A DNA stretch of 64,000 nt from an uncultured Chloroflexia bacterium (GTDB lineage Bacteria > Chloroflexota > Chloroflexia > Thermomicrobiales > UBA6265), in NCBI GenBank assembly GCA_963741965.1, contig CAVUKC010000002.1:1513869-1577868 (forward strand). The letters run 5' to 3'. The notes beneath the pieces are model-generated. The model was not told the DNA's origin and searched no databases. It saw nothing but the letters and a program-made list of their open reading frames with translations. Shown here in pieces: positions 50,360-63,307 of this stretch; the first letter of the stretch is position 1; every line of letters starts with the position of its first letter. The position numbers and the translations under genes are program-made.

Positions 50360-50509
50360 CGACCGCGCCCCGTCACTTCCAGTCAGCGGCACCCGTTCAC
50401 GTTCCAGGCAAGCCACATCCGCCGGAAATGCGTGTACCATGGGGTCCCGACACCTCGGGAAATCCGCATTGAGGCACACCATGCCCAGAACACAGGAGGC
50501 TGCCCCGCA

Positions 50510-51640
50510 ATGGTCGCTCCAACAACCGCAACAGAAACGATTCTCGCCGCCGACGCTGTCGTCGAAACCCCGGCGCTGATCGTCTCCGAAGAGATCATGC
50601 ACAACAACATCTCCCGCATGGCGGCCTTCGCGAAGAGCGTCGGCGTGAATATGCGACCGCACATCAAGACGCACAAGACGCCGCAGATCACCCGCCTGCA
50701 GATCGCGGCCGGAGCCATCGGCGTGACCTGCGCCAAGGTCGGCGAGGCCGAGGTAATGGTCAACGAGGCCGGCGTGCAGGATGTGCTCATCGCCTACCCC
50801 ACCGTTGGGGTGAGCAAGTTCGAGCGGCTCGTCAAGCTGATGGAGAAGGCGCGAATCATCCAGGCGATCGACTCCCTGGCGGCGGCGAAGCTGCTCTCGA
50901 AGACGATGTCCAACTTCGACGTCCACATGGACGTCGTGATCGAAGTCAACACCGGCCAGAACCGCAGCGGCGTCCGCTACGGCGAGGAGACGCTCGCGCT
51001 GGCGAAGGAGGTGGCACGCCTGCCCAACCTGCACCTCGTGGGTGTAATGACGCACGAGGGCCACGCGAACAGCGCCGACCCGAGCGAGATCGAGCGTATC
51101 GCGACGAAGGCCGGCGAGGACCTGGTCGCCACCGCGGATGCGATTCGCGAGGCAGGCATCGATCTTGAGATCGTCAGCGTCGGATCGTCACCTGCGGCCT
51201 TCTACACGCCGCGCGTCAAGGGGGTGACCGAGATGCGCCCGGGGACGTACGTGTTCAACGACAACTCGGCGCTCCGCTACGGCGTCTTCGGCGTCGAGGA
51301 CATGGCGGCCCGGTTCGCTGCGACGGTCGTCAGCCGACCGGCGCCCGATCGCGCCGTACTCGACACCGGCTCGAAGTCACTGGCGATGGACCCGAGCAAG
51401 GCGCACGCCGGTCACGGCTACATCGTCGGCCACCCGGACGCGATCATCGCGAAGCTGAGCGAGGAGCACGGCGTCGTCGAGCTGCCGGAGGGCGAAGAGG
51501 GCTTCGAGGTGGGCGACCGCGTCGAAGTCGTGCCGAACCACATCTGCCCGACGGTGAATCTCATGGACGAGATGCTGATCGTCCGCGACGGTCACATCGT
51601 CGACACCTGGAAGATAGCTGCCCGGGGCAAGGTGCGGTAG
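50510..51640 (+). CDS. PLP-dependent D-serine dehydratase-like / D-threonine aldolase family (alanine racemase N-terminal fold)
   Basis: ETPALIVSEEIMHNNISRM..NMRPHIKTHKTPQI contains the PLP lysine. The C-terminal part is HICPTVNL. AGGAGG lies before ATG 50510. Confidence 0.8.
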   Translation: MVAPTTATETILAADAVVETPALIVSEEIMHNNISRMAAFAKSVGVNMRPHIKTHKTPQITRLQIAAGAIGVTCAKVGEAEVMVNEAGVQDVLIAYPTVGVSKFERLVKLMEKARIIQAIDSLAAAKLLSKTMSNFDVHMDVVIEVNTGQNRSGVRYGEETLALAKEVARLPNLHLVGVMTHEGHANSADPSEIERIATKAGEDLVATADAIREAGIDLEIVSVGSSPAAFYTPRVKGVTEMRPGTYVFNDNSALRYGVFGVEDMAARFAATVVSRPAPDRAVLDTGSKSLAMDPSKAHAGHGYIVGHPDAIIAKLSEEHGVVELPEGEEGFEVGDRVEVVPNHICPTVNLMDEMLIVRDGHIVDTWKIAARGKVR

Positions 51641-51756
51641 AGAAACACAGGGCACAATCTACGGCCCACCTTGGTCTATTGCCCGGGATCAGTTGTCGTG
51701 CTCGCGGAGATACTCACCCACGATGGGCAATCGGATCGCGGTTTATACTCTTGATC

Positions 51757-51838
51757 AAGGTAACCTCTGTGGCAGGAGAATTGCTCCCTGACGCCGGAAG
51801 GAGACCCCGGAAGTTGCGTACCGGGCAGAGGTTACCTT
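51757..51838. repeat. 13-bp perfect inverted repeat with a 56-nt spacer, overlapping the stop codon of the orphan ORF
   Basis: AAGGTAACCTCTG (51757-51769) pairs with CAGAGGTTACCTT (51826-51838). A second hairpin, ATTGCCC...GGGCAAT, lies at 51678-51731. Confidence 0.6.
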
Positions 51839-52296
51839 TCTCGTTGGACGAACCCCAACTGGCCCTTGAGCAATTTGCCCATCCAACGCGTGTTTCGTCG
51901 GTGTATCGAGACGAGATTGATCCCGCCGGACGAATCCTCTCCCAATACGGTCATCAGGGGCCACCGAGTTCCGTCCTCTTCCTCCACGAACTGCACGAAC
52001 TCCCATCGTTGTCCTCGTCCATCAATCGCTTGTCTCACAAACACCCATGACTCGAGATTGAAATCTTCGTACATGGATAAAACATCTCGATGCTTCTCGT
52101 TCTGCTTCCGCGCAATGTCCTTTGATACTCTCAAGACCGGGAACTCACATCCGATCCATTCCTGAACCGAAAACGGCAACACCTTGCGCTGCTCCGGCAC
52201 CTCCCATGCCGTCACAGGCAAGACGTCATCGCACCAGAAACCGCTCGGCACACGTCGTGCTTGCGGGTTGATGTCGCTGATCTCCAGCTCACACAA
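51832..52296 (-). CDS. Orphan hypothetical protein in a low-GC island
   Basis: 154-aa ORF with a TTG start as tabulated (true start uncertain). Its composition is protein-like (W/E/V rich: ..WEFVQFVEEEDGTRWPLMTVLGEDSSGGINLVSIH..). Its GC content is visibly lower than the flanks. I could not recognise a family. Confidence 0.45.
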   Translation of the reverse strand: MCELEISDINPQARRVPSGFWCDDVLPVTAWEVPEQRKVLPFSVQEWIGCEFPVLRVSKDIARKQNEKHRDVLSMYEDFNLESWVFVRQAIDGRGQRWEFVQFVEEEDGTRWPLMTVLGEDSSGGINLVSIHRRNTRWMGKLLKGQLGFVQRER

Positions 52297-52409
52297 TCTC
52301 GGCCATCCGTGGCTCGCGTCGATCCATCACCGCCAGGCTGCTCCGCCTCACACCTGTCTACCGTCATCAGGGACTGAAGCACGGTATCAGCCAGCGACAG
52401 ACACCACAG

Positions 52410-52443
52410 TGCCCCGGCAGCTCGGATCCGAGCTGCCGGGGCA
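52410..52443. terminator. 34-nt perfect palindrome just downstream of gltB
   Basis: TGCCCCGGCAGCTCGGATCCGAGCTGCCGGGGCA is centred on GGATCC and lies 30 nt after the gltB stop. There is no U-tract. Confidence 0.55.
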
Positions 52444-52473
52444 TTCATCTCCACAACGATTGTGGTGCGGTCG

Positions 52474-56998
<4,525 letters not shown>

Positions 56999-57103
56999 GG
57001 GCTCCTCCTGCCGCTGTGACGTCGTTAGGTTGTGATCTTCCCGCGACCCGTCGATTTGCGTCGGCGCCTGCAACGCCAACCGTACGAACAGGGTGCGGTG
57101 CAC

Positions 57104-57119
57104 AAATCGTGAAATCGTG
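57104..57119. promoter_or_regulatory. Tandem octamer AAATCGTG AAATCGTG in the gltB-glnA divergent control region
   Basis: A perfect direct repeat read from the sequence, about 105-120 nt upstream of the gltB start codon. Confidence 0.35.
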
Positions 57120-57594
57120 CTCAATGAATGTATGAGGTGCGTCATCGCGGGCTGACGGGTTGGGCGAGGCGCACGCCGGGAGCGCTGGCGCCCTCCAGGT
57201 GTCCATGCCGTGCCGCCTCACAACCTCGTCGTTGTGGGAATCTTCAGTGTACAGACGCGGGTTTGCCACCGAACAGGTACAGAGCGCCAAGAATCTGTCT
57301 GGTGTTCTTTGGACCCAGCGCCCAAGTCGCCAGGAAATGGGGTATTCTCCGTACCACTGAGGCGCTGTGGTTGCTCCTCGACGACAGAAATTCTGACCCG
57401 ATCGGACGCGCTCCAGTGATCTGGCTCATGGTTCAGGCCGCTCACCGCGGCACTGTGCCTTTCGGGTTAGGCTGTTTGCACAGATCGTTCATGATGTCAC
57501 AAAGTCTCGCAGCACCTCCCACGACGCTGCCATCACACCCAACGAGAGGACCTGTCAGATGGTTCGAGCATCCGGACACCTCCCCGCCGAACAG

Positions 57595-58938
57595 ATGAAT
57601 CGCGACCCGGAGGCTGTCGCCGAGGCGATCGCCCGCATCATTGAGCACGACGTGCGGCTGATCGACCTGCAGTTCAGCGACATTGCCGGAGGAATCAAGG
57701 CGCTCACGATCCCCGTGAACCTGCTGGAACAGACGTTCACGCGAGGCTACCGGTTCGATGGCGCTGCGTTGAGCGGTGGTCGGAGACAGGTGGAGCTCGA
57801 CCTCTTCCTCGCCCCCGACCCAGGCACGCTGACGATCCTGACACCCTTCGAGGGCGAGCCGCGCCGCGCGCAGCTCTTCTGCTGGGTGCTCCGGAGGGAT
57901 GGTCAGGCGTTCGCCGGCGACCCGCGATCCGCCCTGCAGCGGCAGCTCGAGCGCGCGGCCGACCGCGGCTACGACTACACCTCCGGCATCGAGATGGAGT
58001 TCTACCTGCTGGCGCACACCGATCTCGCCAGCACCCCGCCCCTGCCCGCGACCGACGCCGCCGGCTACTTCGACGTGGGCGAGGACGTGCTCACGAGCAC
58101 CCGCAACGAAATCGTCGACACGCTCGCCGCGATGGGCATCGGCGTCGGCGGCGCGCACCACGAAACCGGCCCCGGTCAGCAGGAGCTCGATCTCTTCCCG
58201 ACCGGCGGCATCGCCATCGCCGACCAGATCGTCACCACCCGCCAGGTGATCCGCACCGTGGCCAAGCGCCGCAACCTGCGGGCGACCTTCATGCCGAAGC
58301 CGTTTCCGGACGCCCCCGGCTCGGGAATGCACGTCTTCCAGCAGCTCGCGTCCTACCCGGATGGCAGCGATCTCCTCCGCGATCACAACGCCCCGGACGG
58401 CATCTCCACCCTCGCCCGCCGGGTGATCGCCGGACAGCTGATGCATGCTCCCGGCATGTCTGTCGTCGCGTGCACCACTGTCAACTCGTACAAGCGGCTC
58501 GAGGCCGGCCACCGCGCCCCGCGCCACGCCTCGTGGGCGCGTGTCAGCCAGGCGTCGCTGATCCGCGTGCCGTCATCCATAGAAGAGGCGCGAAGCGACA
58601 TCGAGCTGCGCAGCCCGGACGCGATGACCAACCCGTACCTGCTCTTCGCCGCAACCATCGGCGCGGCGCTCGACGGCATCCGCGAGGACGAGGATCCCAC
58701 CCCGCCGCTCGACGAGCACCTGGTCCAGTACGACGACGACGAGCTGAACCGGCTCGGCGTGCCGCGGCTGCCGACCACGCTCGGCGAGGCGCTGGACCTT
58801 TTCGCAGCGGATGATGTGATCCGGGACGCCATGGGCAGCTACATCGCCGACCAGCTGCTCCACGTCAAGCAGGCGGAATGGACGGCGTACAAGTCGCACA
58901 TCAGCCCATGGGAGCACCTGCGCTATGGCGATCTCTAG
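57595..58938 (+). CDS. glnA: Glutamine synthetase family protein (type I-like)
   Basis: VRLIDLQFSDIAGGIKALTIPVNLLEQTF..GYRFDGAAL is the beta-grasp region. The catalytic domain has IEMEFYLL, HHETGPGQQELD, MPKPF..PGSGMHVF and NPYL. ATG 57595 was chosen over the table start 57559. Confidence 0.8.
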   Translation: MNRDPEAVAEAIARIIEHDVRLIDLQFSDIAGGIKALTIPVNLLEQTFTRGYRFDGAALSGGRRQVELDLFLAPDPGTLTILTPFEGEPRRAQLFCWVLRRDGQAFAGDPRSALQRQLERAADRGYDYTSGIEMEFYLLAHTDLASTPPLPATDAAGYFDVGEDVLTSTRNEIVDTLAAMGIGVGGAHHETGPGQQELDLFPTGGIAIADQIVTTRQVIRTVAKRRNLRATFMPKPFPDAPGSGMHVFQQLASYPDGSDLLRDHNAPDGISTLARRVIAGQLMHAPGMSVVACTTVNSYKRLEAGHRAPRHASWARVSQASLIRVPSSIEEARSDIELRSPDAMTNPYLLFAATIGAALDGIREDEDPTPPLDEHLVQYDDDELNRLGVPRLPTTLGEALDLFAADDVIRDAMGSYIADQLLHVKQAEWTAYKSHISPWEHLRYGDL

Positions 58939-58985
58939 CACGTTGGGGCATCGTGCTGGGCACGGTCCATCTCTTGAAACTCGTA

Positions 58986-59105
58986 GGGGTCGATTCCGGA
59001 GGATATCGACCCGGCCGCCGGCAGGGCGGCAAGGCAGCAGCGGGATCGCCGAACGCTTGCGGCCGCTGCGCGACCGCCGGGCGGATATCCTCCGGAATCC
59101 GCCCC
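58986..59105. repeat. Long near-perfect inverted repeat (16-bp perfect core, about 26 bp paired in total) between glnA and the PucR gene
   Basis: GATTCCGGAGGATATC (58992-59007) pairs with GATATCCTCCGGAATC (59084-59099). The pairing is extended by GGGG/CCCC outside and CCCGGC/GCCGGG inside. The central spacer is about 60 nt. Confidence 0.7.
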
Positions 59106-59145
59106 TACGCACCGGTTTGTGCTGGCTCGACCTGGAGGCAGTCAG

Positions 59146-60789
59146 ATGATCAGCGTGCAGGACGTGATCACCGGCGCGCTACCGGCGACCACGCGCGTCG
59201 CCGCCGGCGAGGCCAACCTCGATCGCGAGGTCACCTGGGCGACCCGCCTCCGCTCCGCGCCGCCCGCCTTTGAGCACCTCTCCGGCGGCGAGATCGTCAT
59301 GCTCCCGCCGCGGGTGCTCGAAGAGCTCGACGAGCGCCTCACGCTTGCCGACGCGGTCCAGCAGCTCGCCACGTTCAACGTTGCTGCGATCGCCGTGACC
59401 ACGACCCCGAACGCCCGGGCACGAGACGCCGCGAACGCGGTCGGCATCCCCCTGCTGGTGCTGCCGCGCTCGACGGAGCTCGGACCGCTGGAGCGACAGA
59501 CCGCGCGCTTCATCACCGAGCAACGCCGCGCGATCCAGCACCGCGGGCAGGAGGTCACGCGCCAGCTGATGGAGCTTGCGATCGCCGGCGAGCCACTCGA
59601 TGAGCAGGTGACCACGCTTGCCCGCCTCGCGCAGCGCGCCGTCGTTGTCGAGGGGCGCGATGGCAGGCTGCTCGCCGCGAACACCCCGGACGGCGAGAAG
59701 CTCACCCCGTCGATGCAGGAGCTCGTGCGTGCCACGCGCGACCGCATCGGCCCGTGGCTGCGCACAGTGGCGACGACCAGCGCCGCCGAGCCGGCCACCG
59801 GCACCTTCGACGGGATGGATGGATGGCGCCGCGTGATCGCGCCGGTCGTCGGTCGCGACGGACTGCTTGGCAGCCTCTCGCTCCTTGTCGACGGCGACGG
59901 CGCCACCGCGGCGTACCAGGTGCTCACCGCGCGTGGCGCCGCAGCGTGTGCGGTCACGCTTGCCCGCGACCAGGCGGCAGCACACGCACGACGCGAGGTC
60001 GAGCTGAACGTGCTCGACGAGATACTCGATGGCGCCCTCCGCAGCGAGATCTCGCTCGGGCAGCAGCTCAAGCGGCTTGGGCACGACATCGAGCAGCCGC
60101 ACGTCGCGCTGATCGTCCGCTCCAACACCGAGGACGGCATCAGCCGGGTGCGCACGCAACGATTGTCGCTGTTCGAGGAGGGTGTCCAGCGCGCGGCGGT
60201 GCGGGCAGGTGCGAAGGTGCTCTGGCGTGTGCGCGGCTCGAGCGCGGAGATCATCTGGCCGGTGAGCGATCCGACGCAGGTGCCGCAGATCGCCGACGCA
60301 CTGCGCGCGGACGTGCACCACGCGCTGTCGCAAGGCGGCGTGCAGGAGTCGGTGTCGGTCGGTGTCGGGCGCGTCGGATCGGGCTTCGATGGGGTGCGGC
60401 AGTCGCACCATGAGGCACGGCAGGCGCTGATGCTCGGCAAGCGGGTGCGAGGCGCCGGGCAGGTGACATTGTTCGACCAGCTCGGCGTCTACCGGCTGAT
60501 CTTCGCGGCGGAGCACCTGCCGGAGATGCAGGGGTTCCTGGAGGAGACGCTGGGATCGCTGCTCGCCTACGATCGGGACCACGGGGCCGATCTCGTGCGA
60601 ACCCTTGAGGCGTTCTTCGAGGCGAACTGCAGCCCGAAGGAGACGGCGCAGCTGCTGCATGTGCACCGCAACACGGTGCTCTATCGCCTCGACCGCATCG
60701 CGGCGATCATGAAGGTCGACCTCAACGACCCGGATACGCGCCTGCGCCTCCACCTCGCGCTGCACGTGCGGCTGGCGCTGGCGGCTTGA
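59146..60789 (+). CDS. PucR/CdaR family transcriptional regulator
   Basis: N-terminal PucR-type sensory domain (MISVQDVITGALP..VTWATRL..GGEIVMLP), a GGDEF-like middle region, and the C-terminal HTH ..AQLLHVHRNTVLYRLDRI. GGAGG lies before ATG 59146. Confidence 0.85.
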   Translation: MISVQDVITGALPATTRVAAGEANLDREVTWATRLRSAPPAFEHLSGGEIVMLPPRVLEELDERLTLADAVQQLATFNVAAIAVTTTPNARARDAANAVGIPLLVLPRSTELGPLERQTARFITEQRRAIQHRGQEVTRQLMELAIAGEPLDEQVTTLARLAQRAVVVEGRDGRLLAANTPDGEKLTPSMQELVRATRDRIGPWLRTVATTSAAEPATGTFDGMDGWRRVIAPVVGRDGLLGSLSLLVDGDGATAAYQVLTARGAAACAVTLARDQAAAHARREVELNVLDEILDGALRSEISLGQQLKRLGHDIEQPHVALIVRSNTEDGISRVRTQRLSLFEEGVQRAAVRAGAKVLWRVRGSSAEIIWPVSDPTQVPQIADALRADVHHALSQGGVQESVSVGVGRVGSGFDGVRQSHHEARQALMLGKRVRGAGQVTLFDQLGVYRLIFAAEHLPEMQGFLEETLGSLLAYDRDHGADLVRTLEAFFEANCSPKETAQLLHVHRNTVLYRLDRIAAIMKVDLNDPDTRLRLHLALHVRLALAA

Positions 60790-60881
60790 CCGACAACGGC
60801 GCTGTCATGTCGCTTGATGGGCGCTACAGTCCATGACACGACGCCGTCGCCGCGTCGCCCACATGTGCCCTATGAACTGAC

Positions 60882-60925
60882 GTCATTCCGACCGTTGCAC
60901 CTGAAAGGTGCGAAGTGGAGAAATC
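60882..60925 (+). repeat. Short intergenic repeat, copy 1
   Basis: GTCATTCCGACCGTTGCACCTGAAAGGTGCGAAGTGGAGAAATC, with an internal GCACC-tgaaa-GGTGC hairpin. Confidence 0.65.
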
Positions 60926-60968
60926 GGGTGATAGACGCCAAGGAGACTTCTCCTGGCTGACGCTCTCT

Positions 60969-61013
60969 GTCATGTCGACCGGAGCGTGCGCCAGCACGCG
61001 GAGTGGAGAAATC
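60969..61013 (+). repeat. Short intergenic repeat, copy 2
   Basis: GTCATGTCGACCGGAGCGTGCGCCAGCACGCGGAGTGGAGAAATC, with an internal GCGTGC-gcca-GCACGC hairpin. The stem sequence differs from copy 1, but the pairing is preserved. Confidence 0.65.
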
Positions 61014-61035
61014 GCGAACCTGCCAGCAACGACCC

Positions 61036-61079
61036 GATTCCTCCGCTGCGCGTCCTGCCGGCACTCCGCTCGAAATGAC
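61036..61079 (-). repeat. Short intergenic repeat, copy 3 (inverted orientation)
   Basis: The minus strand reads GTCATTTCGAGCGGAGTGCCGGCAGGACGCGCAGCGGAGGAATC. Confidence 0.6.
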
Positions 61080-61123
61080 AACGTTGTCGTATCCGAAGGA
61101 TCGCCGATCGCGGCAGCCGTTCT

Positions 61124-62299
61124 CTACACCTTCACCGCGGAGACAGCCTCGGCGATGCGGCCAAGCGCCTTCTCGATGTTGGCCTCGGACGTCGCGTACG
61201 AGAGGCGCAGGTAGCCCTCGCCGGCAGCACCGAAGCTCGTGCCCGCCAGACCGGCGACACCATGCTCATCCAGCAGCAGGTCGGCGAACTCGCGGCTCGT
61301 CCTGCCCGTGCCGGTGATGTTCGGGAAGGCGTAGAACGCGCCCTTCGGCAGCAGGCAGGAGATGCCGTCGATCTCGTTCAGCCCGTTGACGATCAGGTCG
61401 CGCCGCCGCCGGAACGCCTCCCGAAACTCCGCCACCTTGTCCTGCGGACCGGTCAGCGCTTCCAGCCCGGCGCGCTGCACCGCCATCGAGGTGCAGGAGA
61501 CGCTGTTCACCATGAGCTTGCTGATCGACGCGGCGAGATCGCCCGGGAACAGTCCGTAGCCGAGCCGCCAGCCGGTCATCGCGTAGGTCTTGGAGAAGCC
61601 GTCGAGGATGATCGTGCGCTCCGCCATGCCGGGCATCGTCGCGATCGAGATGTGCTCGCCCTCGTAGAGCAGCTCGCTGTAGATCTCGTCGGAGAGCACG
61701 ATCACGTCGTGCTTCACGGCCAGCTCGGCGATCGCCTCGAGGTCGGCACGCTCCAGCACGCCGCCGGTTGGGTTGGCGGGGCTGTTGATGATGAGCAGCT
61801 TCGTGCGGTCGCTCATCAGCGAGGCGAGCTCGTCGACATCCAGACGGAAGTCGTTCTCCTCGCGCAGTGGAATCGGCACCGCCTTCGCGCCGCTGTAGTC
61901 GATCATCGACTTGTAGATCGGGAAACCCGGATCGGGGTAGATCGCCTCGTCACCCTCTTCCAGCAGCGCCAGCATCACGAAGAACATCACCGGCTTGCCG
62001 CCCGGCGTGACGACGACCTGGTCCGGCGCGTACTCCGCGCCGCGCGAGCTCGTGATGTAGCTCGCAATCGCCTCTCGCAGCTCGGGCAGCCCGGCGGCGG
62101 GACCGTAGTGCGTCCAGCCCTCACGCAGCGCACGCGCGCCCGCCTCGACGATATTCTCCGGCGTGTCGAAGTCGGGCTCGCCGATCTCCAGGTGCACCAC
62201 GTCGCGCCCCTGCGCCTCGAGCGCGCGGGCCCGCACCAGCACCTCGAACGCCGTCTCCGTTCCGAGCCGCTGCATTCGGCTCGCCAGCTCCACGCCCAT
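61124..62299 (-). CDS. Class I PLP-dependent aminotransferase (aspartate aminotransferase-like)
   Basis: HLEIGEPDFDTPENIVEA..NSPANPTGG..GFSKTYAMTGWRLGYG, which includes the PLP lysine. Confidence 0.9.
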   Translation of the reverse strand: MGVELASRMQRLGTETAFEVLVRARALEAQGRDVVHLEIGEPDFDTPENIVEAGARALREGWTHYGPAAGLPELREAIASYITSSRGAEYAPDQVVVTPGGKPVMFFVMLALLEEGDEAIYPDPGFPIYKSMIDYSGAKAVPIPLREENDFRLDVDELASLMSDRTKLLIINSPANPTGGVLERADLEAIAELAVKHDVIVLSDEIYSELLYEGEHISIATMPGMAERTIILDGFSKTYAMTGWRLGYGLFPGDLAASISKLMVNSVSCTSMAVQRAGLEALTGPQDKVAEFREAFRRRRDLIVNGLNEIDGISCLLPKGAFYAFPNITGTGRTSREFADLLLDEHGVAGLAGTSFGAAGEGYLRLSYATSEANIEKALGRIAEAVSAVKV

Positions 62300-62416
62300 T
62301 TGCGTCTACCTCCATCAAGCGTCGCATCGCCAGCGTTGCACCGGCCTCGTACCGACCAGGGTGTAATGACCTCCAGTTTCGCAGGTTCGCGTGCCATTGT
62401 CGCCGCGCGCTGGGCG

Positions 62417-62446
62417 TTGACAGAGGAAAACGGCCGCTGCTATGGT
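62417..62446 (+). promoter_or_regulatory. Sigma-70-like promoter for the GntR operon
   Basis: TTGACA (62417-62422), an 18-nt spacer, then TATGGT (62441-62446). The near-palindrome GCATACAGTGTGC follows directly and is a possible GntR operator. Confidence 0.45.
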
Positions 62447-62575
62447 GCTCTGCATACAGTGTGCGAAAATCAATCCCTTGAACGGCAAGGAGCACGGCTC
62501 CGACGGCCCGATGTCCGGGCCGTCCCGGTGGAGGCAGCGTACCGGGTCGGCTCACCGACAACGAAAGGTGTCATC

Positions 62576-63307
62576 GTGGCAGACACCACGGATTCCAACG
62601 CGAACCCGCAGCCGCTCATCCAGCGGCGCAACCTCGGCGACGACGTCTACCGCATTCTCTGGTCACGGATCATCTCCCGCGACCTCCACCCCGGCGAGAA
62701 GCTCTCCGACCTCAAGCTCAGCGCGGAGCTCGGCGTCTCGCGCACCCCGGTGCGCGAGGCGCTCCACCGGCTCCTGCAGGACGGCGTGATCCGCGCCCAG
62801 CCGAACCGGGGGTTCTTCGTCACCTCGTTCGACGCCAGGGACATCGACGAGATCTTCGAGATCCGGGCCGCGCTCGAGTCGCTGGCCCTGCGCACTGTCG
62901 TCAGCCGCCATCCCGACGAGGACTACTCCTGGGCCGTCGAGCAACTCGACGAGGTCGATCGGCTGGTCGCCAACGCAAAAACAGAGGCGGAGATCGTCCG
63001 CGCGAACGAGCGGTTCCTCGAAGTCGACCAGGGCTTCCACAAGTACATCGTCGAGCACGCCGGCAACGAGCGGCTGGTGGCGATGATCAACGGCATCTGG
63101 GCGCAGATCGCGGTGTTCCAGAAGGCGGGCACCCACGTCCCCGGCTACACCGAGGTGGCGCTGCGACAGCACCGCGAGATCATCACCCTGCTGCGGGACA
63201 AGCGCTACGACGAGGCGATCGAGGCGCTGCAGGTGCACATCCGGGACATGAAGCAGCGCATCATCGTCGACATGGCCGAGCAGGCGGCAGCCGAGGAGCA
63301 GGCATGA
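62576..63307 (+). CDS. GntR family regulator with FCD effector domain
   Basis: LGDDVYRILWSRIISRDLHPGEKLSDLKLSAELGVSRTPVREALHRLLQDGVI, followed by FCD helices (EIRAALESLA.. HREII). GTG 62576 has GAAAGGTG upstream. This is the last 243 codons of table ORF 61262..63307. Confidence 0.85.
   Translation: MADTTDSNANPQPLIQRRNLGDDVYRILWSRIISRDLHPGEKLSDLKLSAELGVSRTPVREALHRLLQDGVIRAQPNRGFFVTSFDARDIDEIFEIRAALESLALRTVVSRHPDEDYSWAVEQLDEVDRLVANAKTEAEIVRANERFLEVDQGFHKYIVEHAGNERLVAMINGIWAQIAVFQKAGTHVPGYTEVALRQHREIITLLRDKRYDEAIEALQVHIRDMKQRIIVDMAEQAAAEEQA

Noticed and set aside
48680-51064. A 794-aa minus-strand ORF. Similar long ORFs occur at 19406-21709(-), 40339-42057(-), 33726-35849(+), 8264-9772(-), 59179-60765(-), 55679-56962(+) and 9944-11611(+).
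   Set aside because: All are antisense to genes with clear family signatures (Gfo/Idh/MocA, SRPBCC, DSD-like, ggt, cydAB, amidohydrolase, pyrG, PucR, gltB, histidine kinase). Their translations are Arg/Gly/Pro/His-rich with no motifs. They are artefacts of stop-codon scarcity in GC-rich DNA.
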